Part shown: positions 9,438 through 19,205 of the stretch, one piece after another
How positions within the stretch are numbered: position 1 is the first letter of the stretch
Layout of the letters: each line of letters starts with the position of its first letter
DNA from: a virus
Lineage: Duplodnaviria > Caudoviricetes
DNA length: 40,758 nucleotides
Direction: 5' to 3' (one strand)
IMG/VR virus record: IMGVR_UViG_3300008251_000012
Location: 1-40,758 of that record
The notes under the pieces: model-generated
Databases searched by the model: none
Seen by the model: only the letters and a program-made list of their open reading frames with translations
Told to the model about the DNA's origin: nothing
Position numbers and translations under genes: made by a program

Positions 9438-12400
9438 TTAAACCGCATCGATAGCGATTAGCTGTAACTGTGCATTGCTGGGTGATATGGGAATGCCGCT
9501 GTCACCGCTCTTATTTTGAGAAATGATATTAGTCGTTGATTTGTTGTTGTTGGTCGTACTTGATGAAGTGCCGTTTTTGTCTTTAGTCGCTTTAAGTAAG
9601 TCGCCCATCACTTTCGTTAACTTAGGATCTAACTTTGCGATTACTTCACGGGACTGTTCATGACTGGCATCTTTAGATGCACGCGGATTAACCGGCGCTG
9701 GCTCAGTGAAATTTGATGACGTTTTAGCCTTCGATTCAGCGAGTAATTTCGTTTCTGTTTTATCAAACTGACCGACACTCAAAGCAGAGTTATTGACTGA
9801 TTCAGTAATAAATGAGTCACGACTGCTCGCAGTGGTTGGCGCTGTAGTCGTGTTGTTATTGACTACGGCACTATCATTACTTTGTCTGTTACTCGTTGTA
9901 TTTTCTGCCACCGTTCCGGCAGGTTTAGCGGTGCCTTCTTCCGTTAAGGCGTCAGCATTACCAGTAGCAGATTTGTTGAATGAGTCGGCTATAATAGCGC
10001 CCATACGATCCGACGATGATTCAACGGCAGAGTTAATACTGGACTTACTAACATAATCCGTCGTTTGCACCGACTCACTAACTGCTTGTTCAACGGCGGG
10101 TACAGCCATGTTGTTATTTACGGCTGAATTTTCACTTGTACTCGCAGAATGAGCGCTTGACTGGCTTACATTCCCAATCGTTTGTACAGACTCATTAACA
10201 GTGCGATTAACGATAGCGCTATCGTTACGTTCAACGCTGTTGTCACCTGTACTTGAATTAACATTACCAGCTACAGTAGCGCTTGTTTTAGCGGTGCCTT
10301 CCTCGGTTAAAAATTCAGCATTACCCGTTGCGGCCTTACTGAATGAGTCGGCCACAATAGCCGCCACAGGAGCGACAGATGGATCGACAACAGGGTTAAC
10401 ACTCGACTGACTCACATAATTAGCCGGTGCATTTAACACGTTATTTTCATCCGAAGTGCTCGTTTTCGTTGTAACGTTTTGGCTTTTCGTTGAATTTTGA
10501 TGATTGGATGTAGCGGCGATATGACTCACATCACTAGTCTGACCGATGGTGTCTGATATAAGTTTCGCAACCGGCATCACCGTATTATTGACTGAAGTAT
10601 TAGCGCTAGATTGGCTAACATAATCAGCCGGTGCATTTAACACGTTTTGTTCATCAGTAATATTTGATGACATGATACTGTCGGTCACAGCCGTAGCAGC
10701 GTTACGATTAGTCACATCGCTATTGTGAGTACCAGTATTATTAATTTCTGTACGCTCGCGAGTTGAGTCTGACTGATTCACTGAGCCAGCGTTGGAATGT
10801 TCAACACGGCTATTACTATCACTGTGATTAATACTCTTCGAGCTGACATCAACGTTAGGTTTCACTGTTACCGGTTTAGCCGTGCCGTCGGGCGTTAAGA
10901 ACTCAGCATTACCGGTCGCTGCCATGCTCAGTGAATCAGTAATAAGGCGACTGACAGGCGTGATAGTGTCAGTAACCGACGTGTTAGTGCTGGATTGACT
11001 CACATAATCGCTCGGCGCATTCACAACGCTATTTTTATCACCAGAATTTAACGACACGGTGCTACTTTTAGCAGTATCGTTAGACTCATTTTTAACGCTA
11101 TTTTTATCACCAGCATTTAACGACACGGTGCTATTTTTAGCAGTATCGTTAGACTCATTTTTAGTGTTGCTATCTGAACCACCAAAAAATGAATAAATCC
11201 CTTTTGTCATAGAGTCAGTATCAAAGCTTAACGCTTCCTTTGCGCCGTCAAGCCCTAACATGCCTAGGCCTGACCCAAGCAAACCTGCACCACCCGATAC
11301 CAGCCCTCCCATGTCGAGCAGATTACCCAGCGCCATTGACGACTTTTGACCTAGCGACGCCTCCTGATCATCTTTTAAGTTGAACACGTCTTTTTGTCTG
11401 TCAGTGTCAGTAAAACCCTGAACAGCATCAACACCGGCAAGTATAGGGGCGAGGAACGGTACAAATTTACCAATTCCTTTACCGGCCATCTTCGCAAACT
11501 TACCAGCACCACTAGTAACACTACCGACTTTGCTACCGACACCACGAGTAACACTACCGACTTTGCTACCGACACCACTAGCAACGCTACCAGCCATTTC
11601 CCCGCCGGTGGACATAACGCTCGTCATACGTTTTAACAAACCTTTTGGCTTACGGCCTCTTTCTCGGCTACGGCTTCGACCTTTACGATTTTTTTTCCGC
11701 TTGCCTTTACGATCACGACCTAAATCGAGATCTAAACCATTACCACCAAATAGGCCACCGCTACTACCAGTCGCATTAATCGCATCTTTAATATCTTCTA
11801 GTAATGCGATCTGCTTATTATTGGCATTAACAAGTGTGACGGTCTGTTCCTCAGATGCTTTTAATACATTTGATTCATTCGCCTCATTACGGATCTGACT
11901 TGCTGAGTTCCCCGTACTGATTGCAATGTCAGAACGGTCACTGTTATTACTGCTGTTACTACTAGTGGCAACGCGAGTATTGTTTTCAGTCGATGTTTGA
12001 GCATCATTCGTGATAGTTGATACTAACGAGGTCGGATCGGACGGTAATAACGACGTGCTACTATTGTGCCCGCTAGTCATTTGACTCGCACGATCAACAA
12101 AATAGTTTTTCAGTTTGTCACGGGGACTCGGCGCGGGATTATCGCTAGCAGTAATATCTTTGCCTTTGTCGCTATCTTTAATGAACTTATTTTTAATCGA
12201 ACTAAATAAAGCGGTTCCTTTTTCAGTAAATACTTTTGTCTTTTCTTTACGCTTTTCAACGTTGAGAAGAGTGCTCTTATCGTTAAATTCTTTAGCGTCT
12301 TTGGTTATGTTGACAATTTCTTTGCCAGCCATCCAGAAACTAGACCCTACTGCAACACCAGCATTATCGACAGCATCATTTTTATCTACATTACCGGCTG

Positions 12401-13112
12401 TTTTAAGCGCCCAATCGGACAAGACTTTAAATTTGGATTTGTCTTTATCATCTTTTTCCGACGCCAGTTTTTCCTTTGTGAATGCTTCTTTTTGCTGACG
12501 ACTAGCAAACGCGCCATTGGCCTGTCTGACTTTGCCTTGGCTGTCTTCATACAAACCTTCGAGTAACTGATTGGTTTTCTTTTGCTGCTTCGACAGTTCG
12601 GGATCGCTTTCGACATTGACTGCTGGCAGAGTAGGCGCTTCAACAGATACGTTAACAACGGGGTTAGATTCCGGTGCATTCGTAGCAAGTTGCTTATCAT
12701 CGTTGCTAACCGTCTGCTTTGTTACTGCCATCACCGCGTTACTGACTGAACGTTCTGGTTTTTCTGCTACATCATTACTGTTGTTGTCGGCAACATCAAC
12801 TAAGCCATGATCAATAACTGGCGTACCGGTTGAAATAGCCGTGTCAGTTACATTCACCGGCGCTTCAACCGTCGTAGGTATGCGCGGAGCCAGTACTGGC
12901 GCAAAATCACCACCGCCACCAGATTGTTTTGTTTTTTCACCACGAACAGGCCTTGCATCGCCCGTCACGGGATCAATCCGCCCTTTGCGCGGCATAACCT
13001 CAGTTATCGCCTTTTCGACCCGCGCAAGCGCTGCCAGTTCTTTTTTGCTGGATGAATCAATCAGTTTAATGACTTTGTAAAACTCACTCTTATCAACTCT
13101 ATCATTCAACAT
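9438..13112 (-). CDS. sit: Sit-like tape measure protein
   Basis: 1224 aa at the P1 sit position; RQANGAFAS motif, Gly-rich hydrophobic centre, long S/T/N-rich repeats. Confidence 0.8.
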   Translation of the reverse strand: MLNDRVDKSEFYKVIKLIDSSSKKELAALARVEKAITEVMPRKGRIDPVTGDARPVRGEKTKQSGGGGDFAPVLAPRIPTTVEAPVNVTDTAISTGTPVIDHGLVDVADNNSNDVAEKPERSVSNAVMAVTKQTVSNDDKQLATNAPESNPVVNVSVEAPTLPAVNVESDPELSKQQKKTNQLLEGLYEDSQGKVRQANGAFASRQQKEAFTKEKLASEKDDKDKSKFKVLSDWALKTAGNVDKNDAVDNAGVAVGSSFWMAGKEIVNITKDAKEFNDKSTLLNVEKRKEKTKVFTEKGTALFSSIKNKFIKDSDKGKDITASDNPAPSPRDKLKNYFVDRASQMTSGHNSSTSLLPSDPTSLVSTITNDAQTSTENNTRVATSSNSSNNSDRSDIAISTGNSASQIRNEANESNVLKASEEQTVTLVNANNKQIALLEDIKDAINATGSSGGLFGGNGLDLDLGRDRKGKRKKNRKGRSRSRERGRKPKGLLKRMTSVMSTGGEMAGSVASGVGSKVGSVTRGVGSKVGSVTSGAGKFAKMAGKGIGKFVPFLAPILAGVDAVQGFTDTDRQKDVFNLKDDQEASLGQKSSMALGNLLDMGGLVSGGAGLLGSGLGMLGLDGAKEALSFDTDSMTKGIYSFFGGSDSNTKNESNDTAKNSTVSLNAGDKNSVKNESNDTAKSSTVSLNSGDKNSVVNAPSDYVSQSSTNTSVTDTITPVSRLITDSLSMAATGNAEFLTPDGTAKPVTVKPNVDVSSKSINHSDSNSRVEHSNAGSVNQSDSTRERTEINNTGTHNSDVTNRNAATAVTDSIMSSNITDEQNVLNAPADYVSQSSANTSVNNTVMPVAKLISDTIGQTSDVSHIAATSNHQNSTKSQNVTTKTSTSDENNVLNAPANYVSQSSVNPVVDPSVAPVAAIVADSFSKAATGNAEFLTEEGTAKTSATVAGNVNSSTGDNSVERNDSAIVNRTVNESVQTIGNVSQSSAHSASTSENSAVNNNMAVPAVEQAVSESVQTTDYVSKSSINSAVESSSDRMGAIIADSFNKSATGNADALTEEGTAKPAGTVAENTTSNRQSNDSAVVNNNTTTAPTTASSRDSFITESVNNSALSVGQFDKTETKLLAESKAKTSSNFTEPAPVNPRASKDASHEQSREVIAKLDPKLTKVMGDLLKATKDKNGTSSSTTNNNKSTTNIISQNKSGDSGIPISPSNAQLQLIAIDAV
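11025..11162. repeat. 69-bp (23-aa) tandem duplication in the tape measure gene
   Basis: KNESNDTAK(N/S)STVSLN(A/S)GDKNSV twice. A 33-bp GVGSKVGSV repeat also occurs near 11514-11579. Confidence 0.85.
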
Positions 13113-13273
13113 TATGTTGTAGTCCTATCCTGAAGTTTTTTCTCTAACATCAACGCAAAATCGGCGGGAGTAGCTAAAATGCTATCAATATCTTGGCCGC
13201 GCTCCACCCATTTACAGATAAAATCTGCCCAGCCCTCGGCGTCATAAAGACGGAAGGAATTCGTGATACCGAA
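13112..13273 (-). CDS. Start-less +1-frame extension of pmgB (putative frameshift product, gpT-like)
   Basis: 53 sense codons (FGITNSFRLYDAEGWADFICKWVERGQDIDSILATPADFALMLEKKLQDRTTT) ending in a TAA that overlaps the sit ATG (TAATG). Confidence 0.65.
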   Translation of the reverse strand, partial: FGITNSFRLYDAEGWADFICKWVERGQDIDSILATPADFALMLEKKLQDRTTT

Positions 13274-14066
13274 AGGGTAATAACAAAATCGTTTCGAGTT
13301 CGTCGCCCTCCTCTGAGTTAGGGCAAATGTGGGGAGGCGTGACTAAACGCATCTCACCATCAATATATTCAGACATAAGACCGTGGCGCATTTCAGATAG
13401 CGCATTTCGTACTTGTGCAGCGAGTTGTTTAAAATGCGTTTCTGCATTCAGGGTGATCAGGTATTCAAAGCGTTTTTCAGCTTGCTCAGTAACCGTCAAC
13501 GCTTTATCGTCATCCTTAAATATGAGCGACCACGCTAATTCATAAATGCGTAAATCGGTATGGGCGACAGACCATTGAGCCGAATCTTCTTCAAACTCAT
13601 CACGGGTATTACGCAGATATTCGAGATATTCCATTGCTTCGCCGCGCAACGGCTGAATAAAGCCATTTTTAACACCGTCAACAGCCAGTTTCTCCGTCAT
13701 CGAGTGGTTGCTATCAATAATGTATTCACCAAGGGCAACCAGATCTATTTGTCGGCCATGTTCATTACCGCAATGATTACACTGATAACCTTGCTCTATG
13801 ACAGTACGCTCACGGGTATTAATAAAGATCCAGTACAACGCAGTCCGGCGGTCTTCTGCTGTCCAGTTGATACTATCAATGACTTGACCACCTTTGTTGT
13901 TTTCGGGGATCTGCATTTGGTTAAGATATAGCGTTGTGATCGCTTCTTCTAAGTGCGGAGACATGCCAACAAAATTCCGGTAATCGGCCACGGTCGGCGC
14001 TCTAAAATGAACTCGAACTTTTTTATCTGCAAATAATTCGTAGGGCTGTATTGCTTCAGGTTTCAT
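13242..14066 (-). CDS. pmgB: PmgB-like morphogenetic protein, probable tail / hub assembly chaperone
   Basis: 274 aa; WTAEDRRTALYWIF, CNHCGNEH, PPHICPN and C-terminal LPFR; directly upstream of the tape measure. Confidence 0.82.
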   Translation of the reverse strand: MKPEAIQPYELFADKKVRVHFRAPTVADYRNFVGMSPHLEEAITTLYLNQMQIPENNKGGQVIDSINWTAEDRRTALYWIFINTRERTVIEQGYQCNHCGNEHGRQIDLVALGEYIIDSNHSMTEKLAVDGVKNGFIQPLRGEAMEYLEYLRNTRDEFEEDSAQWSVAHTDLRIYELAWSLIFKDDDKALTVTEQAEKRFEYLITLNAETHFKQLAAQVRNALSEMRHGLMSEYIDGEMRLVTPPHICPNSEEGDELETILLLPFRYHEFLPSL

Positions 14067-14067
14067 G

Positions 14068-14643
14068 CTATTTCCCGATAGATTTATATTTTTTAAATGT
14101 CACGCTGAAAGTACCTAACTCGGTTCTACTTTCATTGCTGCCGCTGTAGTCGTTGTTTTCTTCAACATAGACAGGCCACTCAGCTTCTAGTCTTTCCGTG
14201 CCATCTTGCTTTGAGCGATAAATTCGAAGCTGTACTAAATAATCAATGGGTAAGTTTTGTGTGCCATCGTTATTAAAAATTTTATCTTGCAGGGATTTAA
14301 TAAAATTGCTGCCTGTGCCGTCTTCATCATCATTAAAAACGACCGTAACACTGCCTGCGGCACGTTTCGTAGGTATGTTAAAGTCACCGGTTCGCACGCT
14401 AATAGAATCGCTCTCAATGGTGCCGAGGCCGTAAGAAACCTCTTTAGGAAACATGTCGAAATTATCGGGCTGGCCGTCAATCTCAATGCGGTAAAAACAA
14501 TCGACTCTGAAATTCATTTTCATACGTGTCAGGGCAATCTTACGCATCCGTTTGCTTTGCGGGGAAGGGTCATGTTTAACGCCATAGCCGAACTTTTCAA
14601 ACACGTCATCTACCGTGTCTTTTATCGTGTCTAAAATTGACAT
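14068..14643 (-). CDS. tub: Tub-like tail tube-fold protein
   Basis: 191 aa tube-fold motifs (KEVSYGLGTIE, NNDGTQNLPIDY, FSVTFKKY); position between pmgC and pmgB. Confidence 0.75.
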   Translation of the reverse strand: MSILDTIKDTVDDVFEKFGYGVKHDPSPQSKRMRKIALTRMKMNFRVDCFYRIEIDGQPDNFDMFPKEVSYGLGTIESDSISVRTGDFNIPTKRAAGSVTVVFNDDEDGTGSNFIKSLQDKIFNNDGTQNLPIDYLVQLRIYRSKQDGTERLEAEWPVYVEENNDYSGSNESRTELGTFSVTFKKYKSIGK

Positions 14644-14760
14644 TTTTTACTCCTCAGTATTAATAAGAGTCGTTTTTTACACATGCTGATTTTCGTTGTT
14701 TGTCTGTAAGAAACTGAAAAGACACAAATTAACACTGTTAATTTATATCTTTCCATTACA

Positions 14761-15327
14761 TTAAATAGATAGGAGTGGCAGGGCACATCGAGCAGCGCTC
14801 ATACGTATTTCAATGTCAGCTTTACGGCTAAATAGATCCGCTTCTGCGGGTATGTCTGACACATCTAAATTACCGGCGATTGCAACACGACGATTACGCT
14901 CAGCGTTTGGTATAGTGATCAGTATTTCTAAATAATCTTTGATCAGACCAACAATCTCATTCGGCAATTCGTAACTCTCAATATTCACTGAAGAGAGATC
15001 GACAAAGTACATTAACGACAATGGCATTACGCATCTCGCGTTATTTAATACCACGCTCTTTTCACGGCGGTTATAATTAGATATAACAAACTTGCCATGC
15101 TTATCTTTGACTGTTACCCGAGCCAAAAAATCACTTGGAACTGGAAAGCAGGGATCGCCATCATCGTTCTTATTAAGCGTTTTTATTTTGACTACATCGG
15201 TAACACCAGCTCTATCCTGATACGCCCCCAACGCCTGCTTTAGCAGGACGTTAAGAGCATTAGGTTCTTTGTGCAGCAATGAATAAAATCGAGCTTTCAC
15301 TTCATCCAAAAGCTGCGCGGGTGTCAT
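14761..15327 (-). CDS. pmgC: PmgC-like morphogenetic (probable head-tail adaptor) protein
   Basis: 188 aa; MTPAQLLDEVKARF...ALGAYQDRAG and DYLEILITIPN...IAGNLD resemble P1 PmgC. Confidence 0.8.
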   Translation of the reverse strand: MTPAQLLDEVKARFYSLLHKEPNALNVLLKQALGAYQDRAGVTDVVKIKTLNKNDDGDPCFPVPSDFLARVTVKDKHGKFVISNYNRREKSVVLNNARCVMPLSLMYFVDLSSVNIESYELPNEIVGLIKDYLEILITIPNAERNRRVAIAGNLDVSDIPAEADLFSRKADIEIRMSAARCALPLLSI

Positions 15328-15818
15328 TAATCAACCCAGTTATAGCGGATCGTGATCGACGGTTTGATAAACTCAGTGACACTTTCAGTCGCTAAATCGA
15401 TTGCGTCACATGTTATTGAACATTCAAGTAACACGCGTTTAATCACTTCTTTACCGGATAAATCTTCGGGCGTAACGCTGATCGTGATCTGAACGTATTC
15501 TTTGTTGTCGATAATCTTACGAATATCAGCCAGCGTGTCGCCTTTGATTGTTTCTTCGATAACAGTTGTTATTTCACCGGCATTCTTAAGATTGCCTTGA
15601 AAATTGGACATAACACCCATTGAACCATAGGATTCAATTAGTTCACGTTCCATTGCGGGTAGCTGTGTGGATGCAATTTTTACAGATAGGCTGGGATAGC
15701 CGAGTACCGACATTTCAAAATGTGACGCGTTCGCACGCTCACCAACGAGGCGGTGTTTTAGAAATTTTGCGCGAATAAAATTACGGCTTCCGCGTGCATT
15801 ATACGTTAACGATGTCAT
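15327..15818 (-). CDS. bplB: BplB-like major tail tube protein
   Basis: 163 aa; GERANASHFE, NAGEI...ETIKGD, DAIDLATE...IRYNW resemble P1 BplB. Confidence 0.82.
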   Translation of the reverse strand: MTSLTYNARGSRNFIRAKFLKHRLVGERANASHFEMSVLGYPSLSVKIASTQLPAMERELIESYGSMGVMSNFQGNLKNAGEITTVIEETIKGDTLADIRKIIDNKEYVQITISVTPEDLSGKEVIKRVLLECSITCDAIDLATESVTEFIKPSITIRYNWVD

Positions 15819-16429
15819 TATATTAGATCCTTTGTTTCGGTGAAAATGTTAGGTATTTCAGAGGCATTAACAGAACCGTCTAGCGTGAGCTGCAATGTGA
15901 TCTCGTTGTGAGTAAAATAACCATCTTTAGTTTTGGGGGCGTTCTCGTTGTAACTGACGTTTTTAATGTAAACATCAGCCATCAATCGTCGCCCGACATT
16001 CAATTTCACAAGCTGGGGGATAGCACCAGTCGGCGTGATATCGTTAAGTTCAGGACTGGACATTTGCATGAGGAACTGTATAGGATCGTTAACCTCTTTT
16101 TTTGCATCGCTATAAGCAATGAATTGAAGCGGTAACGAGAATTCGAGCGCTTGCGCTCCTTCCCAAACCAGCTTGCTATTCCACATCGTCTTACTTGTCA
16201 TATCAGTCTGCGTTTGCAAGATCGCAGCACCTTTACTTAAACTACCGGAGTTTCCTGCGGTATCACCCTCAAATGGTGAGTTCCACAGTTGCGCCAATTC
16301 GATCGATGCTTCCCCAGTCAGGTAAGCAGCGACAATAACAGTGCCGATGTTTGGCATTTCTTGGCTGATATGGACTTTGTAGAACTTAGATACACCGTCC
16401 CCCTCACGCACACCGCAATGTATTGTCAT
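15818..16429 (-). CDS. pmgG: PmgG-like tail tube initiator
   Basis: 203 aa; QLWNSPF, WNSKLVWEG, MSSPEL, LNVGRR resemble P1 PmgG. Confidence 0.8.
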   Translation of the reverse strand: MTIHCGVREGDGVSKFYKVHISQEMPNIGTVIVAAYLTGEASIELAQLWNSPFEGDTAGNSGSLSKGAAILQTQTDMTSKTMWNSKLVWEGAQALEFSLPLQFIAYSDAKKEVNDPIQFLMQMSSPELNDITPTGAIPQLVKLNVGRRLMADVYIKNVSYNENAPKTKDGYFTHNEITLQLTLDGSVNASEIPNIFTETKDLI

Positions 16430-16444
16430 GCTGCCCCCTTCCCC

Positions 16445-17167
16445 TTACAGACCGTTACGCTTACGAGCACGCAACGATTTTTTACGCTTCGCTCTTGCTG
16501 CCGCACCGTGCGATTTTTGACGGGCTTTTTTAAGTGCTTGCTTTTGTGCTGGTGACATTTTAAGTTTGCGACCAATACGTTTTTTGATCTTCACGACGCT
16601 ACCGTCACGAACCACTTTTCGCAGAGAAGACAGCAGCATGGCTTGCTTTTCGGCATAGTTAGCGATCAGCTCATCGGTCGAGCCTTCTTCGATCAGGTCT
16701 TCAAGTAAGCCCGCCGCTTCAATCGCTTGTTCGTCGTCGGCATTGTCAAACAGTGATGTCACTTGGTCAGCAGTTAACGACGTACTGTCTAAGATAAACT
16801 GCGCGGCGGCGGCGCTTAACTCTTCAAATTCGTCTTCTTCTTCGTCACTCAGATCTCTATCGCCATCGTCATCAATAGCACCAAACAACATGGCTTCGAG
16901 TGAATCAAAATCATGCTCACCGGCTTCTGTCCATTGCAGAACAATCGCAGCAGCCAGTGATCGTGTATTTTTATCTGCCGTTACGCTCATAGCTGATAAC
17001 AACTGCTCGTCATCATCACTAATACTCGACAATAAAATGTCTTGTACTTCATCAGTAGCCACAACTTCAGCCGCCGCCGCTTTTCTTGATTCGATCATTG
17101 CTGCAAGTGCGGGAGACTCACGAAAAGCAGTAGAAATAGAACCGCCATTTTTAAAAGGGGTAGACAT
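16445..17167 (-). CDS. P1 gp21-like protein; acidic body with a very basic C-terminus, candidate prohead core protein
   Basis: 240 aa, directly downstream of the sheath as in P1; tail RKVVRDG...ARAKRKKSLRARKRNGL. Confidence 0.72.
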   Translation of the reverse strand: MSTPFKNGGSISTAFRESPALAAMIESRKAAAAEVVATDEVQDILLSSISDDDEQLLSAMSVTADKNTRSLAAAIVLQWTEAGEHDFDSLEAMLFGAIDDDGDRDLSDEEEDEFEELSAAAAQFILDSTSLTADQVTSLFDNADDEQAIEAAGLLEDLIEEGSTDELIANYAEKQAMLLSSLRKVVRDGSVVKIKKRIGRKLKMSPAQKQALKKARQKSHGAAARAKRKKSLRARKRNGL

Positions 17168-17177
17168 AAATAATTCC

Positions 17178-18740
17178 TTATCTAAACAAACGAGATTGAC
17201 CGGCTAGACGACGTGCTGAACCTGATATACAGATCTTCCATGTCACTTTCCACAGATCACTCTCGACCTGTTCGAGTTCGAAGGTGTAAGGGTTTTCGCC
17301 ATCACTCGGGTCGCGTGGAGGTACAAGGCAATCTGACGATACATAACCATCAAGGATTCGAGTCATACCGAGTTCAAGTCCACTACGAGTTACGCCGTCC
17401 GGTTCATGTTTGAGGGATTTACCCAGTTTTACCCAATCACGTCCGATCGCGTTATCTACTGATACGATGTTGTCAAAACGCAGTTGGTCTTTACGGGCGC
17501 GAGTCGTTAAAGCATCATCAATCATTAATTGACCAGCGCTGTTTTTACCCAAACGATTTAGGCGGACTTTTACAAATTCGTCATAATCCGGCGTACCGGC
17601 GTTAGCATTAAGTTGCAAACCTTTACGGGTGATAGTGGCGCGTGATTCGCCCGCTGGTGTCAGGTGCCAACCGCCAACCGGTGACTTACTCGCAACACCT
17701 TTCGCTTTTGCTGCAAATACAAAACCACTCAGGCCACACATAGATGAGCCACTATAGAATTGGTCGGTGGCGGTGTACGGTAGGTGATAGGCTTGTGCGA
17801 AATGCGAATTCATCGCAAGATCGGCTTGACGTGCAGTAGCCGCAGCGAATGATAAATTAGGTTCAATATCATAATAAAACGAAACTGAGTTGTTATATGC
17901 CAGCGTGTTTAACTTGCCTAAAGTAGCATCGTCATAACAGCCTGCCGCGATCACGCCTTGGAATTCAGGTTCTTCAGCAATAAGCACCGCTAACGCTTTT
18001 TGATAAGCAGCCGAGTCGATTGTGCTTACATCACCCGACGTGCCACCAACAAATGTCGCTTCTGCGATAGCCTCAAAAGAATTTAATTTAGATACATTAG
18101 AGATAGCACGCAGATACGCAGATTCATCCGATAGCTTATCTTCGATAAACGCAGAGTTACCGTGCTCATCGGTGGCATTAACATCAAGTGATACTGTTAT
18201 CGTTTCCAACAATTTCACCGTGGCATCAACTTGCACCTCATTAAGTTCCAGCACATAAAAACCCGCACCATTTTCAGCTTCATTGGCCTGTGTTAATTTG
18301 ATCTTACGTGTCAATTCGTTATCACCATCAATAAGATAAATTGCCATCAGCGCGTCCGACGCTAGAGTTGGTTCAACACCATATGCAAGAGTAGAGGCGA
18401 CCACAGCATTAACATTAGCCGTCGCTGCACCCACCGTTAGAACGGGATATAGCGCGTTGCTAGGCATAACACGAACGACATAACCAACACCGCCTTGTGT
18501 CGCATCAGCAATATGGCGTAATGATTCAGCATGAGAACCTTCTCGGGGATGAAACGGCTTGCCAAATGTTGATAAAAGGGTATTTGCAGACACTTTTAAA
18601 ACTTTGTTTGGCATACCTCTACGAGCAATTGTTAGTGCAGCGAATGACATTGCACTACCACCGCCAGTAGATAAAGATGCACTCGCATCAGTAATAGCTA
18701 AAGAAACGCTTGCGACATCTGAAATAGATCGTTTGATCAT
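17178..18740 (-). CDS. Contractile tail sheath protein (P1 gp22-like)
   Basis: 520 aa; ARRGMPNKVLKV, GYVVRV, GWHLTPAGESRA, IDDALT, KHEPDG. Confidence 0.9.
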   Translation of the reverse strand: MIKRSISDVASVSLAITDASASLSTGGGSAMSFAALTIARRGMPNKVLKVSANTLLSTFGKPFHPREGSHAESLRHIADATQGGVGYVVRVMPSNALYPVLTVGAATANVNAVVASTLAYGVEPTLASDALMAIYLIDGDNELTRKIKLTQANEAENGAGFYVLELNEVQVDATVKLLETITVSLDVNATDEHGNSAFIEDKLSDESAYLRAISNVSKLNSFEAIAEATFVGGTSGDVSTIDSAAYQKALAVLIAEEPEFQGVIAAGCYDDATLGKLNTLAYNNSVSFYYDIEPNLSFAAATARQADLAMNSHFAQAYHLPYTATDQFYSGSSMCGLSGFVFAAKAKGVASKSPVGGWHLTPAGESRATITRKGLQLNANAGTPDYDEFVKVRLNRLGKNSAGQLMIDDALTTRARKDQLRFDNIVSVDNAIGRDWVKLGKSLKHEPDGVTRSGLELGMTRILDGYVSSDCLVPPRDPSDGENPYTFELEQVESDLWKVTWKICISGSARRLAGQSRLFR

Positions 18741-19139
18741 TTATTTTTCCTCAGTTTGGTTTTCTAAAATAAGCGCGATTAATTCGGCTTCGTTAAGGGC
18801 GCTGTAACCACTAATGCCAAGCTTTTTACACATGGCTTTTAGCTCTTTAACACTCTTCGCCTTTAGCTCTTTCATCAATTCAACATCAACAATTTCAACA
18901 GTTTCAACCGGTTTAACTGGCTCAATTTCTTCAACAGGTTCAGCAACTTCAATACCCGCATAGAGAGCACTCATACCTCGGGTATTGCGACTGTTAATTG
19001 AATCCGTAAATGCGATTGCTTCATACGGGTCTGAAAATTGGAACTCTTGATCTTCGGTGGTTTCACGCAATGGTCGAATAACTCGCCCCATCAGCATTAA
19101 GCGAGTACCGGAGGCATTCATAACAACGACTGTGTTCAT
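18741..19139 (-). CDS. Protein with a C-terminal Rho_N / HeH-like domain
   Basis: ELKAKSVKELKAMCKKLGISGYSALNEAELIALI after an E/P/V-rich linker. Confidence 0.75.
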   Translation of the reverse strand: MNTVVVMNASGTRLMLMGRVIRPLRETTEDQEFQFSDPYEAIAFTDSINSRNTRGMSALYAGIEVAEPVEEIEPVKPVETVEIVDVELMKELKAKSVKELKAMCKKLGISGYSALNEAELIALILENQTEEK

Positions 19140-19164
19140 TTAATTTTCCTTGTGTAGAAATGGC

Positions 19165-19188
19165 GCTAACGCCCAACAAGGCGTTAGC
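19165..19188 (-). terminator. Stem-loop directly downstream of the major capsid gene
   Basis: Perfect 9-bp stem GCTAACGCC-caacaa-GGCGTTAGC; attenuator or mRNA 3' stabiliser. Confidence 0.55.
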
Positions 19189-19205
19189 AAGTGACACAAC
19201 GGCGT

